Of a stretch of DNA of 64,000 nt, positions 1 to 11,520 are shown one piece after another (within the stretch, counting starts at the first letter, position 1; the number at the start of each line of letters is the position of its first letter). Location: positions 180,858,101 to 180,922,100 of the forward strand of contig NC_090371.1 of the NCBI RefSeq assembly GCF_036365525.1, written 5' to 3'. The DNA is from Heterodontus francisci (lineage: Eukaryota). Below the pieces are notes generated by a model. The model was not told where the DNA came from and did not search any database. It saw only the letters and a program-made list of their open reading frames with translations. The position numbers and the translations under genes are program-made.

Positions 1-599
1 GGCCAAGCTGATCTGCCATAACATAACCGCAACGACTTTTTATTGAAATGAGAAGTAAAAAAGCTTACCAGTTACTCACCAATCAACTTCTTCCCCTATA
101 CAGAACAGTGAGGCAGCTCCTGGAGGCTGAAAAAAAGGTAGAAGAAAGAAATAAAAAAAAGGAGCTCCTCCCTCATGTACCAAACTCCCACTTTACAGTC
201 TGTGCACTCAAATCTATTTTCTTCTTAACTTATGTTCCCTTCCTGACTAATCTCCCTCAATTACCAAACTCCCTTCTTCACATTCTGTGCTCTCCAGCAG
301 CACTCAATGCAACAGGCAGCACTGAGAGTTCCCTCAATTTATACTCTGAAAACAATGCTGTGTCAGCTCTGCTAGAGCTCTGCTACAACTCAGAAACCAG
401 TTTAAGATAGCTACCTAATTCACTAGCTGCAGATACACTCAGAGTGTTAGTATACCTCTGTGTAAGAAACCTAACTTACCTCTTAACTGAAACAGGAATT
501 TCACTTAGTGCTTGATATAAACAAAACAAAAACTAGTCGAGAGATTAACCCTCAAAATTCACTCACTTTCCAAACTCCTTCCTCATGTTCAGTGCAGTA

Positions 600-3500
600 C
601 TGGAGAAAGTGGGAGCTTTATCGTTGGGACATTCTTCACTTGAACTGTGCTGGGACCAGTGATCTGGCGAGTCGTATAACTAGGTAAGTAGAGAGGGCTT
701 TAAACTAAATAGTGGGGCGAGGGATCAAGTGAGGGAAGATGCGATAATTTAAAGAGAGAGGAGAAGGCAAGAGAGCAATATAGCAATAAGGGTAATGATA
801 ATCAGAGTGTGGCAGAAAGCGACAGAGCGTACAAACCTAAGAGTGTGCCAGCAGATAAGTCTAGAGGTTGTGAACTAACAGAGGAGGGGGAGGGTTCAGG
901 TGACAGGAGATTTACAAATCCACAGAGAAAGGTCGAGGCATCCGAATAGTGCAGCATTGTGGGTAAAGACAGGAAGGGGCAGACAGTTTAACAATATTGT
1001 ACATCAGCGAATAAGGTAATAGGAGTTAAAAAATTGAAATTAAAGGTTCTTTATCTGAATGCATGAAGCATCTGCAAACGATATTTATTTAATAAATATT
1101 TTATTTATTTATTTAATTTATTCAGAGATACAGCACTGAAACAGGCCCTTCGGCCCACCGAGTCTGAGCCGACAATCAACCACCCATTTATACTAATCCT
1201 ACATTAATCCTATATTCCTACCCCATCCCCACCATTCCTCAATTCCCCTAGCACCTACCTATACTAGGGGCAATTTATAATGGCCAATTTACCTATCAAC
1301 CTGCAAGTCTTTGGCTGTGGGAGGAAACCGGAGCACTCAGTGAAAACCCATGTTTTGGGTTTGAGGAAACCCAGGGAGAACTTGCAAACTCCACACAGGC
1401 AGTACCCAGGATTGAACCAGGGTCGCTGGAGCTGTGAGGCTGTGGTGCTAACCACTGTGCCACTCTGCCGCCCAAACTGAACGAATGGTAAAAATGGAGG
1501 TAAATGATTTAGATCTAATCGCCATTGCAGAGACATGGTTACCAGGTGATCAAGGTTGGGAAATAAATATTTCAGGGTGCACAATATTTCGGAAAGACAT
1601 ACAAAATGGCAAAGGAGGAGGGGCACACTTGATAATAAAGGATGGCATAAGGACATTAGTGTGAAAGGATCTGGCCTCAGAAGATTGTGAAGTAGTATCA
1701 GTATGGGTGGAAATTAGGAATAGCAAGAGTCAGAAAACATTGGTTGGAGTAGTCTATAGGCCCACTAACAGTAGTTATAACTTTGGACAAAGCATTGAAC
1801 AAGAACTTATTGGAGCTTGTAACAATGGCAATAGAATAGTTATGGGGGAAGTTAATCTTCATATAGACTGGGACAATGAAATTGGCAAGCGTGGTCCAGA
1901 ATATGAGTTCTTAGAATGTTTGCGGGACAGTTTCTTGGAGCAATACATTGTGGGGCTGACTAGGAATAAAGGTATCTCAGATCTAGCATCGTGTAATGAA
2001 GCACGGTAAATTTGCAATGTCATAGTAAAAGATCCACTAGGAAATAGTGATCATAATACAACTGCATTCCATTTAAAATTTGAAAGTGACATACTTCAAT
2101 CACAAACAATAATCTTAAACTGAAATAAAGCCAATTACATAGGTATCAGGGGAGAACTGGCTGACGTAAATTGGGTAAATAGACTAAAAGATATGGCGGT
2201 AAATGAACAGTGGGAAACTTTAAAGGAAACAAAAATATATTCCATTGAAAAACAAAAACTCAGCAAGAAAGACCCATCCATGGTTCACTCAGGAAGTTAA
2301 GGACAGTGTTTGATTAAAAGAAGAGGCTTACAATGTTGCAAAAATGAGTAGCAAGTTTGAGGATTGGGAATGTTTTAGAAACCAGCAAAGAGCCACCAAA
2401 ACATTGATAAAAAAAGAATGAGAGTAAACTAGCTAGTAGTATGAAAACAGATTCTGAGAAATTCTTTAGGTATATAAAAAGGAAGAGAGTAGCCAAAGTA
2501 AATGTTGGTCTCTTAGAAGCAAAGACAGGAGAAATTATCATGGGGAATGAGGAAATGGCAAAGACTTTGAACACATATTTTGTGTCAGCCTTCACAGTAG
2601 AAGACACATGTTTCATACCAGAAATGGATGGTCACCTAGGGGCTAAAAAGAGTGAAGAAATTAAGGAAATTCATATCAGTAGAGAAAATGTATTGGAAAA
2701 ACTTATGGGACTAAATTCCAACAAATCCGCAGGATCTGATGGCCTCCACCCTCGGGTTCTAAAAGAGATAGCTGCAGAAATAGTGGCTGAGCTGGCTATA
2801 ATTTTCCAAAATTCATTTGATTCGAGAACGGTGCCATCAGATTGGAAGTTGGCAAATGTTACAATGCTTTTTAAGAAAGGAGAAAGAGAGAAACCAGTGA
2901 ACTACAGGCCAGTTACAACCAGTCGTTGGGAAAATGCTGGAATCTATATCAAGTCTTAACAATGCACTTAGAAAAGCACTGTATAGTTAGACCAAGTCAA
3001 CATGGTTTTACTAAAGGGAAATCCTGTTTGGCAAATTTATTAGAGCTTTTTGAAGATGTAACTAGTAGGGTATATAAAGACGAACCAATAAATGTAGTTT
3101 ACCTGGGATCTCCAAAAGGCATTCATTAAGGTGCCACACAAAAGGTTAATTGGCAAGATAAGGGCTCATGAGTTAGGGGTAATATATTAGCATGGATAGA
3201 AGATTGGTTAATGGACAGGATGAAAAGGGTGCATTGTAAAACAGACATTTTCTCGTTGGCAGGCTGTGAATAGTGGAGTGCCGCAAGGATCAGTGCTGGG
3301 CCTCAGCAATTTACAATCTATATTTATGACTTAGATGAAGAAACAGAGTAATGTATCTAAGTTTGTTGATGATACAAAGGTAGGTGGAATGATAAGTTGT
3401 GGGGAGGACACAGAGAAGCTGCAAAGAGATAGAGACATGTTAAGAGAGTGGGCAAAAGGATGGCAGATGGAAAATAATGCAGGGAAGTGTGAAGTTATTC

Positions 3501-4287
3501 ACTTTGGTCATAAGAATAAAAAAGCTGAATATTCTTTAAAAAGTGTGAAACTTGTAAGTGTTGATGTTCAAAGAGACTTACGTGTGCTTGTAAAAGGAAC
3601 ACAGGAAATTAGCATGCAGATACAGCAAGCAATTAGGAAGGCAAATGGCATGTTGGCCTTGATTGAAAGGGGTTTGGAATACAGGAATAAAGAAGTCTTG
3701 CTACAATTGTACAGGGTTTTGATGAGAACACACCTGGAGTACTGCGTGCAGCTTTGGTCTCCACATTTAAGAAAGGATATACCTGCATTGGAGGTTGTGC
3801 AACGATGTTTGACTTAATTGGTCCCTGAGCTTGTCCTGTGATGAGAGACTGAGTAAATTGGGCCTATATTCTCAGGAGTTTAGAAGAATGAGAGGCGATC
3901 TCATTGAAACATACAAGATACTGAAGCAGCTGGATAGGGTAGGCGCTGAGAGATTGTTTCTGCTGGTTGGGGAATCTGAAACACAGGGGTACAGTCTCAG
4001 GATAAGGGGTTGATCATTAGGACTGAGATGATGAGAAATTTCTTCACTCAAAGGATTGTGAGTGTTTGGAATTCTCTACCTCAGAGGATTGTAGATGCTC
4101 CATCATTGAATACATTTCAGTCTGGGCGAGACAGATATTTGGTCTCTCAGCGAATCGAGGAATATGGCAAGCAGGCAGGGAAGTGGAGTTGAAGCCTAAG
4201 ATCAGCCTTGAGCGTATTGAATGGTGGCAGATCAGGCTCGATGGGCCATATGGTCTACTCCTGTTCCTACTTCTTGTGTTCTTGTGT
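600..4287 (+). mobile_element. Degenerate CR1 LINE (end of ORF1, ORF2 endonuclease + RT, 3' tail), interrupted by a SINE
   Basis: Fragments VGVVYRP, FLECLRDSFLEQY, GSDGLHPRVLKE, QHGFTKGKSCL, KFVDDTK, HLEYCVQLWSP, with many stops and frameshifts; 3' end ctactcctgttcctacttcttgtgttcttgtgt. Confidence 0.92.
1082..1473 (-). mobile_element. tRNA-derived SINE (HE1/V-SINE-like) inserted in CR1
   Basis: Minus strand begins gggcggcagagtggcacagtggttagc (A box) ... ggttcaatcc (B box) and ends in an (AAAT)n tail; absent from the paralogous site near 29010. Confidence 0.88.
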
Positions 4288-4534
4288 ACAGAGTGTGTTG
4301 AGTGAATTTTTGAGTGATTCAATTCAAGGTACCTGACAAATGGGGAAGACACACCTTTGATGGACAGTAACTGTGCACGCAGAGGTGCATGACGAGGAGA
4401 CGATGGTGATTGGTACTGGAAAGATTTGGAGCCAGATTGGAATAAAAATGGTTTGACATCGCAGAATTAATGAAAAAAATAAAGGCACTGAGGTAAAATG
4501 TAATCAATGTATTATAAGATAGAGAGAAACTGAA

Positions 4535-4800
4535 GTGGTGATTGGAGGGATGGCGATGGCAAGTGTGCGATGTGGATGGCATGGGAGGGATGGAATGGAA
4601 TGGGATGGGGATGACAAGGGAGGAGTGGGAGCCAGGGGATGGCATCCAAAGGGTGGCCTGGGAAGGATAGCATCAGAGGGAGGGATTGGCATGAGCGGGA
4701 TGGCATGGGAAGGATGAAATGGCATGGGATGGGGATGGCACGGGAGGGAGGGGATGACATGGAATGGGTGGCATATGGTAGATGGATGAGATGATGGAAT
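4535..4800. repeat. Low-complexity (GGATG/GGCATG)-like decayed satellite
   Basis: Repeated ggatgg/gcatgg/gaatgg units. Confidence 0.75.
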
Positions 4801-5769
4801 ATCTTGAGTATACTAATTTGACCACAAATGTTCTGCAGGTCTCTGCTAGTTTCCAATATATTTGGTACACTGATCAAGCGTGAAAGTCATAAATGTATAA
4901 TAGTAACTGCTGGGCAATTTCCAAGTTCAGCAGTAAATTTGTTCTAATTTGGTTAGCACTGAGTTAAGACACTAGTGCTAAGAGCAGAATACTACATAGA
5001 AGTTAAATTTTGTGGGAAAGGACAATTAAAGGTGTGCGTTACAAGGAGGCAGACAAACATCTGTGGAGCATTAAAAGTTATCTCAATTCATCAGCAATCA
5101 TTGCTAAGGTCAAAGGAGCCTGTGATTAAGAAACAACATGCACGGGTCAAAGGTGAAACACCCTGTGTATAAGTGCTGTGCTGCATGGTAGCTGCTGGTA
5201 TTTGCAGCATTTGGCACAGCGTGATATTTTCCCATGTGTTGATCCAGATCCTGAGAAAGCAAATTAACCAAGTCATCCTCAGGTACATTTGTCAGGTTCA
5301 GCAGAATGGCTGGTGCCATTTTTGTGGCAGAGCTCTGTTCATGCAGTAGCCTGGAAAGCATGGTGTTCTGTAAATGTGGTGCCTCTGCAAACCTTCAAAT
5401 TTAAGGATGAGGCAGATACTTTGTATCTCATTGTGATGCCACTGGGAGTCCGCTGGCACAGCTGTCTTTGGAAAGAGGCCCCTTTTCCCACCTCCATCAA
5501 TACACTGTTTTCTATAGTGAGGTATTCTACTTGTCTCTGATGATGTGTCTGTGCAGAGGGCAGTGGGAGGGCACACAATAATTCTCTGTTCCTCCAAAGC
5601 TTGCAGGATTCCTGGGGGTCGTGCTGTGCATCAGTAAGAAAATCAGATGTGGTGTAAAACAGCGATTTGTTATCGTCTGTTCTGTGCCACTGTCAAAGAC
5701 CAATTTCACCGGCTGAGTGGTCTGAAAAATGGTACGGCATTCCAGCCGTCACCTTTAACTGTTTAAATA

Positions 5770-7516
5770 GAGGATGAAAAGGGGAATTTAGTAATGGGAA
5801 ATGATGAAATGGCCGAGGCATTGAACAGGTATTTTGTATCGGTCTTCACAGTGGAGGATATTAATAACATGCCAGTAATTGACAAAGAGACGAACGTAGG
5901 ACCTGGAAACAATCATTATTACAGAAGAGGTAGTGTTGGGCAAGCTAATGGAGCTAAGGATTGATAAGTCTCCTGGCCCTGATGGAATGCATCCCAGGGT
6001 ACTAAAAGAGATGGCAGGAGAAATAGCAGGTGCACTGACGGTAATTTTCCAAAATTTGCTGGACTCTGGGGTAGTCCCAGTTGATTGGAAAACAGCAGAT
6101 GTGACGCCACTGTTTAAAAAGGGAGGTAGACAAAAGATGGGGAATTATAGACCGGTTAGCTTAACCTCTGTAGTGGGGAAGATGCTTGAGTCTATTATCA
6201 AGGAAGAAATAGCAGGGCATCTCGATAGAAATTGTCCCGTTGGGCAGATGCAGCATGGGTTCATGAAGGGCAGGTCATGCTTGACAAATCTTTTGGAATT
6301 CTCTGATGACATTACGAGCAAGATGGACAATGGGGACCCAGTGGATGTGGTGTACCTAGATTTCCAAAAGGCCTTCGACAAGGTGCCGCACAAGAGGCTG
6401 CTGCATAAGATAAGGATGCATGGCGTTAGGGGTAAAGTATTAGCATGGATAGAGGATTGGTTGACCAACAGGAAGCAGAGAGTGGGGATAAATGAGTGCT
6501 ATTCTGGTTGGCAATCAGTCACTAGTGGTGTGCCTCAGGGATCGGTGTTGGGACCGCAATTATTTACAATTTATATAGATGATTTGGAGTTGGGGACCAC
6601 GTGTAGGGTGTCAAAGTTTGAAGATGACACTAAGATGAGTGGCAGAGCAAAGTGTGCAGTTGACTGTGAAATTTTGCAGAGGAACATAGATACATTGAGT
6701 GAGTGGGAAAAGGTCTGGCAGATGGAATACAATGTTAATAAATGTGAAATCATTCATTTCGGTAGGAGTAACAGTAAAAAGGATTATTACTTGAATGGTA
6801 ATAAGTTGCAGCATGCTGCGATGCAGAGGGACCTGGGTGTCCTTGTGCATGAATCGCAGAAGGTTGGTCTGCAGGTACAGCAAGTAATTAGGAAGGCAAA
6901 TGGAATTTTGTCCTTCATTGCTAAAGGGATTGAGTTTAAAAGCAGAGAGGTTATGTTGCAGCTGTATAAGGTACTGGTGAGGCCGCACCTGGAGTACTGT
7001 GTGCAGTTTTGGTCTCCTTACTTGAGAAAGGGTGTACTTGCACTGGAGGTGGTGCAGAGGAGGTTCACTAGGTTGATTCCGGAGTTGAATGGGTTGGCTT
7101 ATGAGGAGAGACTGAGTAGATTGGGATTATATTCCTTGGAATTCAGAAGAATGAGGGGGGATCTTATAGAAACATATAAAATTATGAAGGGAATAGATAA
7201 GATACAAGTAGAGAGGGCATAGCCTCAAGATTAGAGGGAGCAGATTTAGGACTGAATTAAGAAGGAACTTCTTCACCCAGAGGGTTGTTAATCTATGGGA
7301 TTCCTTGCCCAGTGAAGTAGTTGACGCTTCTTCAGTAAACGTCTTTAAAGCTAAGGTAGATATCTTTTTGAACAATAAAGGAATTAAGGGATACAGTGAG
7401 AGCGCGGGTAAGTGGATCTGAGTCCATGAAAAGATCAGCCATGATCTTATTGAATGGCGGAGCAGGCTCGAGGGGCTGGACGGCCTACTCCTGCTCCTAG
7501 TTCTTATGATCTTATG
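5770..7516 (+). mobile_element. Young 5'-truncated CR1 LINE with a 429-aa RT ORF (5933-7222)
   Basis: Uninterrupted CR1 RT motifs (YRPVSLTS, DFQKAFDKVPH, GVPQGSVLGP); (ttcttatg)-type tail; flanked by AAATA at 5765-5769 and 7517-7521; empty site gtttaaatatttaaatg near 31990. The catalytic FADD reads FEDD. Confidence 0.95.
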
Positions 7517-8402
7517 AAATATTTAAATGTCATCTGGAATGTTTAGCAGATTTGATAGCTAGAATATTCTTTATTCATTACATTTATCTCATGGCCAAAT
7601 TCCAATTGGGTTTGTTGTTAAGCCTCAGGAAAACCTGGCTGCCAAGTCAAGCCATCTGAATTTGTTAGGAACAAACTATTAATCAAAATTATTTTGCAAT
7701 CCTGTCAGATTGCCGAAGATGTTGCAATCTCTTCTGCCTGCGTGCAAGCCCCCCTCACCCGTTCCTGCTCACTGCTGCACGGGAGCAAATTCAACTTTCA
7801 CCCACGAGCCACTTGGAGTATAAAATAATCTGATTTCCTGGAATTCACACGGGTTCACCATCGCAGACTGCTGTTTGAATGAAATCTGACTCTGGAACTT
7901 CCTCAACCACTGTACAAACCCAGGGGGAGGAGTCACCACAACAGCTGCCTCAACACTTTACAAATGATAAACTGAAAGGTGAATCACCTCCAGACACCCC
8001 TGAAGCTTTTATTTCATCCCTGTCTTGCTTGTGAACAGTGACTGTGTGATATCAGCACAGGTCCTTGTATATAACTAACTGATCTCTCATGGTGTTGCTC
8101 TGGTTAACATGGCCAGGTGTGTGAAGGGGATAAGACCCGGGTGTGAAAACATTGGTGAGGGGATTCACCTGAAGTTTGGTATCAATGGGATTGTAGAATG
8201 TGGGGATTGGGTCAGCAGCTGATTCCTAGTGTTTGGGAGAAGTTTCAGTGCGGAGGGTAATACAGCTCCGTAGGTGGAGCATGTTCCAGGGATCTGCAGC
8301 ATTTGAGGGAGGTGCAGAACTGGAAATGATTCCAGGTCCTGACAGCACTCGGACTGAGGTCATGGTGTGGACAATCATCGGCTGAAACCAAGATCCAGCT
8401 GC

Positions 8403-8730
8403 TATACAGCACTGAAACAGGCCCTTCGGCCCACCGAGTCTGTGCCAAACATCAACCACCCATCTATACTAATCCTACACTAATCCCATATTCCCACCAA
8501 ACATCCCCACCTGTCCCGATATTTCCCTACCACCTACCTATACTAGTGACAATTTATAATGGCCAATTTACCTATCAACCTGCAAGTCTTTTGGCTTGTG
8601 GGAGGAAACCAGAGCACCCGGCGAAAACCCACGCAGTCACAGGGAGAACTTGCAAACTCCGCACAGGCAGTACCCAGAATCGAATCCAGGTCCCTGGAGC
8701 TGTGAGGCTGCGGTGCGAACCACTGTGCCA
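8403..8730 (-). mobile_element. tRNA-derived SINE, same family as 1082-1473
   Basis: Shares cagcactgaaacaggcccttcggcccaccgagtc...ggagctgtgaggc; absent at the paralogous site near 32860. Confidence 0.88.
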
Positions 8731-10992
8731 GGGGGATAGGGCAAATGTAAACGGTCTGCATGCAGTGAGGAGTGGCCATCAAGCATCTGGTTAGAAATTG
8801 GCAGATTCTTGACAGCACTGTGCTGGTGTCCAAGAAACTGGGTGTGGTGGTTTGTACATCTGGGTCAGTCAGCACTGGGGATGGAGCGTCCCAGGGTGTG
8901 AGGAATATGATGGCTTCTGTAGCTTTGGAGCGAGCCTGGCGTCTGTAAAAAAGATCAACACCTGAAGCCTAGTGAGAATGGAAGCAGCAGGTCTGCTTGG
9001 CTGAAAGGGGATTTATGAGTTTGGGCCAGGTGAGATAGCCTGTGGGAGATGAGGCAGGAGGATGGTGGGGAGGAGGGGCGGGAGTCAGTTTCATATCACT
9101 GAGGAATTTCCCTTTCAGGAAGTCTTGTGGGATGAAGGTTCACAGAATCACGACTTCAACGTCTCTCAGAAATCTTCCAAAGAACTTCACACATCGGGAT
9201 ATACATGTACACGGGGAAGATCAGATCACTTTTCTCTTTCTACATAGTTTGAAATATGCACAGCTCCTCCTGTGGATGTCTGATTTTCTGTTCTTGCAAA
9301 CACAACTTTCACCACAGCAATAATTCCCCTTCCATTTGATGGTCAGCAGCAGAGCTACTGCATCAACAGATTACCCATGTCTCCAGCAAACCATGCGGCT
9401 GATTAAACTCCACTGTGACATTTTAAATCAAGAGTTTACTCACAAATACAATGAGATCAATCCTTCTCCCCACCAGCACAGACCGGGATCGAGTTTGTTT
9501 TCTCTCACCTGGTGTTAACGGGGTTGTAATGGCTTCAACATGGGGTTGGTTGCCTTACTGCCACATTAACACCAGCGATGTGATCAGTTCCGCTGTAGAA
9601 GGGTCTACTGCCGGGTGACCATAGCGCCTGCCTGCTTCAGATGATAGGCCCCTCTTCATATGGAAATTGGGTTCCCAGGATGTCATTAGGACCTGATTAC
9701 CATTTTCAGTAGGAAGTGGTGCAAAGATGATGTCAGCAAAGAGGCCTTCAAAGGGTAAGTGTAGAGTTGGGTCTGGTCAGGTTCTGGCCAGGTAGCCATG
9801 CTCTACCCTCGCCCTCTTTGATTATGACCACACACCCTCCTGCACCTTGCCACCGACACTTGTAACTGATATTGTTGCCAGCAGGTCTGGCTCAGGCTTT
9901 CAATGTAGGAAACTGCATTGGATTTCTGGCATTGTGCTCCACAGCTCACCTGCTGAATTTGTGACAGGGACCTCTTTGCACAGTTGCCCGAAATCCAAAT
10001 TTGCCCTGTGGTCTCATGTTATAGGTATGTACATACCTGATCTACCTGATAAGTTGGAATACTAAATCTTTCAACTCCTTTCATACACTGTTGCAAACTC
10101 TGACTGAAAAGGCATTACACATGAAAAATCTTTGGATTTAATATATTTACACCATTGCACTGTTTACAATTAGAATCTGATCTTTTTAAATAAGCAAAGA
10201 TATAGTTTAGCTTTGCAACTTGCAGTTAGAGGATGCCCCATTTCCTGTAATTCACAAGTTTCAGCTCAGGGTTGTGTTTCCTTTTTATTATAATCCTAAG
10301 GTTCAGTGCCAAGTCTGCACAGGAGCATTGTCCTGTGGGTCAGCTGCAAAATGTGGAACTGAATTTTCATTTTGGGGAGGAAAATTGAATATACAATTAA
10401 TCATACCTTGTAATACATGATTCCATGCAAAGTCTCAGCTGCATTTTAACTCTGTCAATAAATCAGTTTGAATAATTCTCAAGGAAATGACTGAGCAAAA
10501 TTAAACATCTCTGCAGGCGCAGGTATGTTTAAGATATTTCTATTCCAGAATTGAAGCTATTACCTCCTCAAACTTAAAATCTATTGTAAGTGGAATGAAC
10601 ACGAACCAACTTTAGAACTACATTTACACCATCGCACCTCTTTGCAAACTTGTCGCATTACAAGCCAAAGAATCACATTATAAAGTCCAGCCAATGAAAG
10701 GGAGAGTTATTTCCTGTAAATCACATGTTTCAGTTCCATTGACAGGTCAGCATATTCTCTTATTTTCAGGAGGAGGTTACCAATGGGTCAGGTGTAAAAT
10801 CTGGAACTGGATTATTCTCTGGATCATCTGACGCTGCTTGGCTCGGGGAACAACAATTAAAAGCATCAAATGATCTTATCAATGTTGAATTATCTGTCAT
10901 TTACAATTGTGTAAAAATAAAAGGAAGATATTAATGCCGCACCATAAGGACTTGAATCAATTATCATTGAGATGAAAACTACAGAAATATTG

Positions 10993-11176
10993 AGGGTAAA
11001 ATTCAGTTTTAATCGGGGTGCGAGATGGGCAGTATGGATCAGTCACCCGTTATATACCACAGTTAATTCTCCTTTACAGTGAAGCTTAACTGAAAGAGAA
11101 ATTGGACAGGATGTGTATACAGGTGACTGATCTTCTAACACTTTTTTGCACTTTCGCTAAAGATGAATTTTACACC
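10993..11176. mobile_element. Small palindromic MITE-like element upstream of the chemokine promoter (also ~35101-35284, ~53486-53669)
   Basis: Termini gggtaaaattca / tgaattttacacc and internal inverted match gatcagtcacc / ggtgactgatc; no clear TSD. Confidence 0.55.
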
Positions 11177-11318
11177 ACTTTTCTGAAACTTGCAATTAAA
11201 CCTTTAAAATCTACACAAATCTAGTTCCCCACCTATAACAAGGGATTATCTCCTGTTGCTGCTGTAAACCGTGCAGAAGTTGTGAATATATTTAAAACTG
11301 CAAAAGTAAAAGAAAGTT

Positions 11319-11413
11319 TGATTCAGCAGCAGGGAAATTCCCTCCCTCAGAACTTTGGCCAGCTTTCACTGCTTATGATTATGCAAAATGAAAGTAAAGG
11401 ATCTCAATAAATA
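11319..11413 (+). promoter_or_regulatory. Inflammatory-type proximal promoter of chemokine copy 1
   Basis: NF-kB consensus GGGAAATTCC 11332-11341; AP-1-like TGATTCA 11319-11325; C/EBP- or octamer-like ATTATGCAAAAT 11378-11389 overlapping an IRF-like AAATGAAA; TATA-like AATAAATA 11406-11413, ~110 nt before the ATG. Confidence 0.7.
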
Positions 11414-11520
11414 GGAGCTCATTGAAGCTCTCTTCAGCAGAACCTCATTCAACAGAGAGAGGCACAGAGGTAGACTGAAGATCCTTCAGCAGAAATCTAT
11501 TCAGCATCACAAAGTCAAAG

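Noticed and set aside
1400-1473. tRNA gene
   Set aside because: The A/B boxes belong to a SINE head followed by SINE body and tail.
4319-4877. Pro/His- and Gly-rich ORFs
   Set aside because: Translations of a GGATG-like low-complexity tract.
5298-5709. PRNPASFGG (Polinton integrase-like) and GKRGLFP (SH3-like) peptides
   Set aside because: Short matches only; the neighbouring motifs expected for either family are not present.
5933-7222. 429-aa reverse transcriptase ORF as a novel or domesticated RT system
   Set aside because: Ordinary 5'-truncated CR1 with a TTG start, FEDD at the catalytic motif, a CR1 tail, a TSD and an empty paralogous site.
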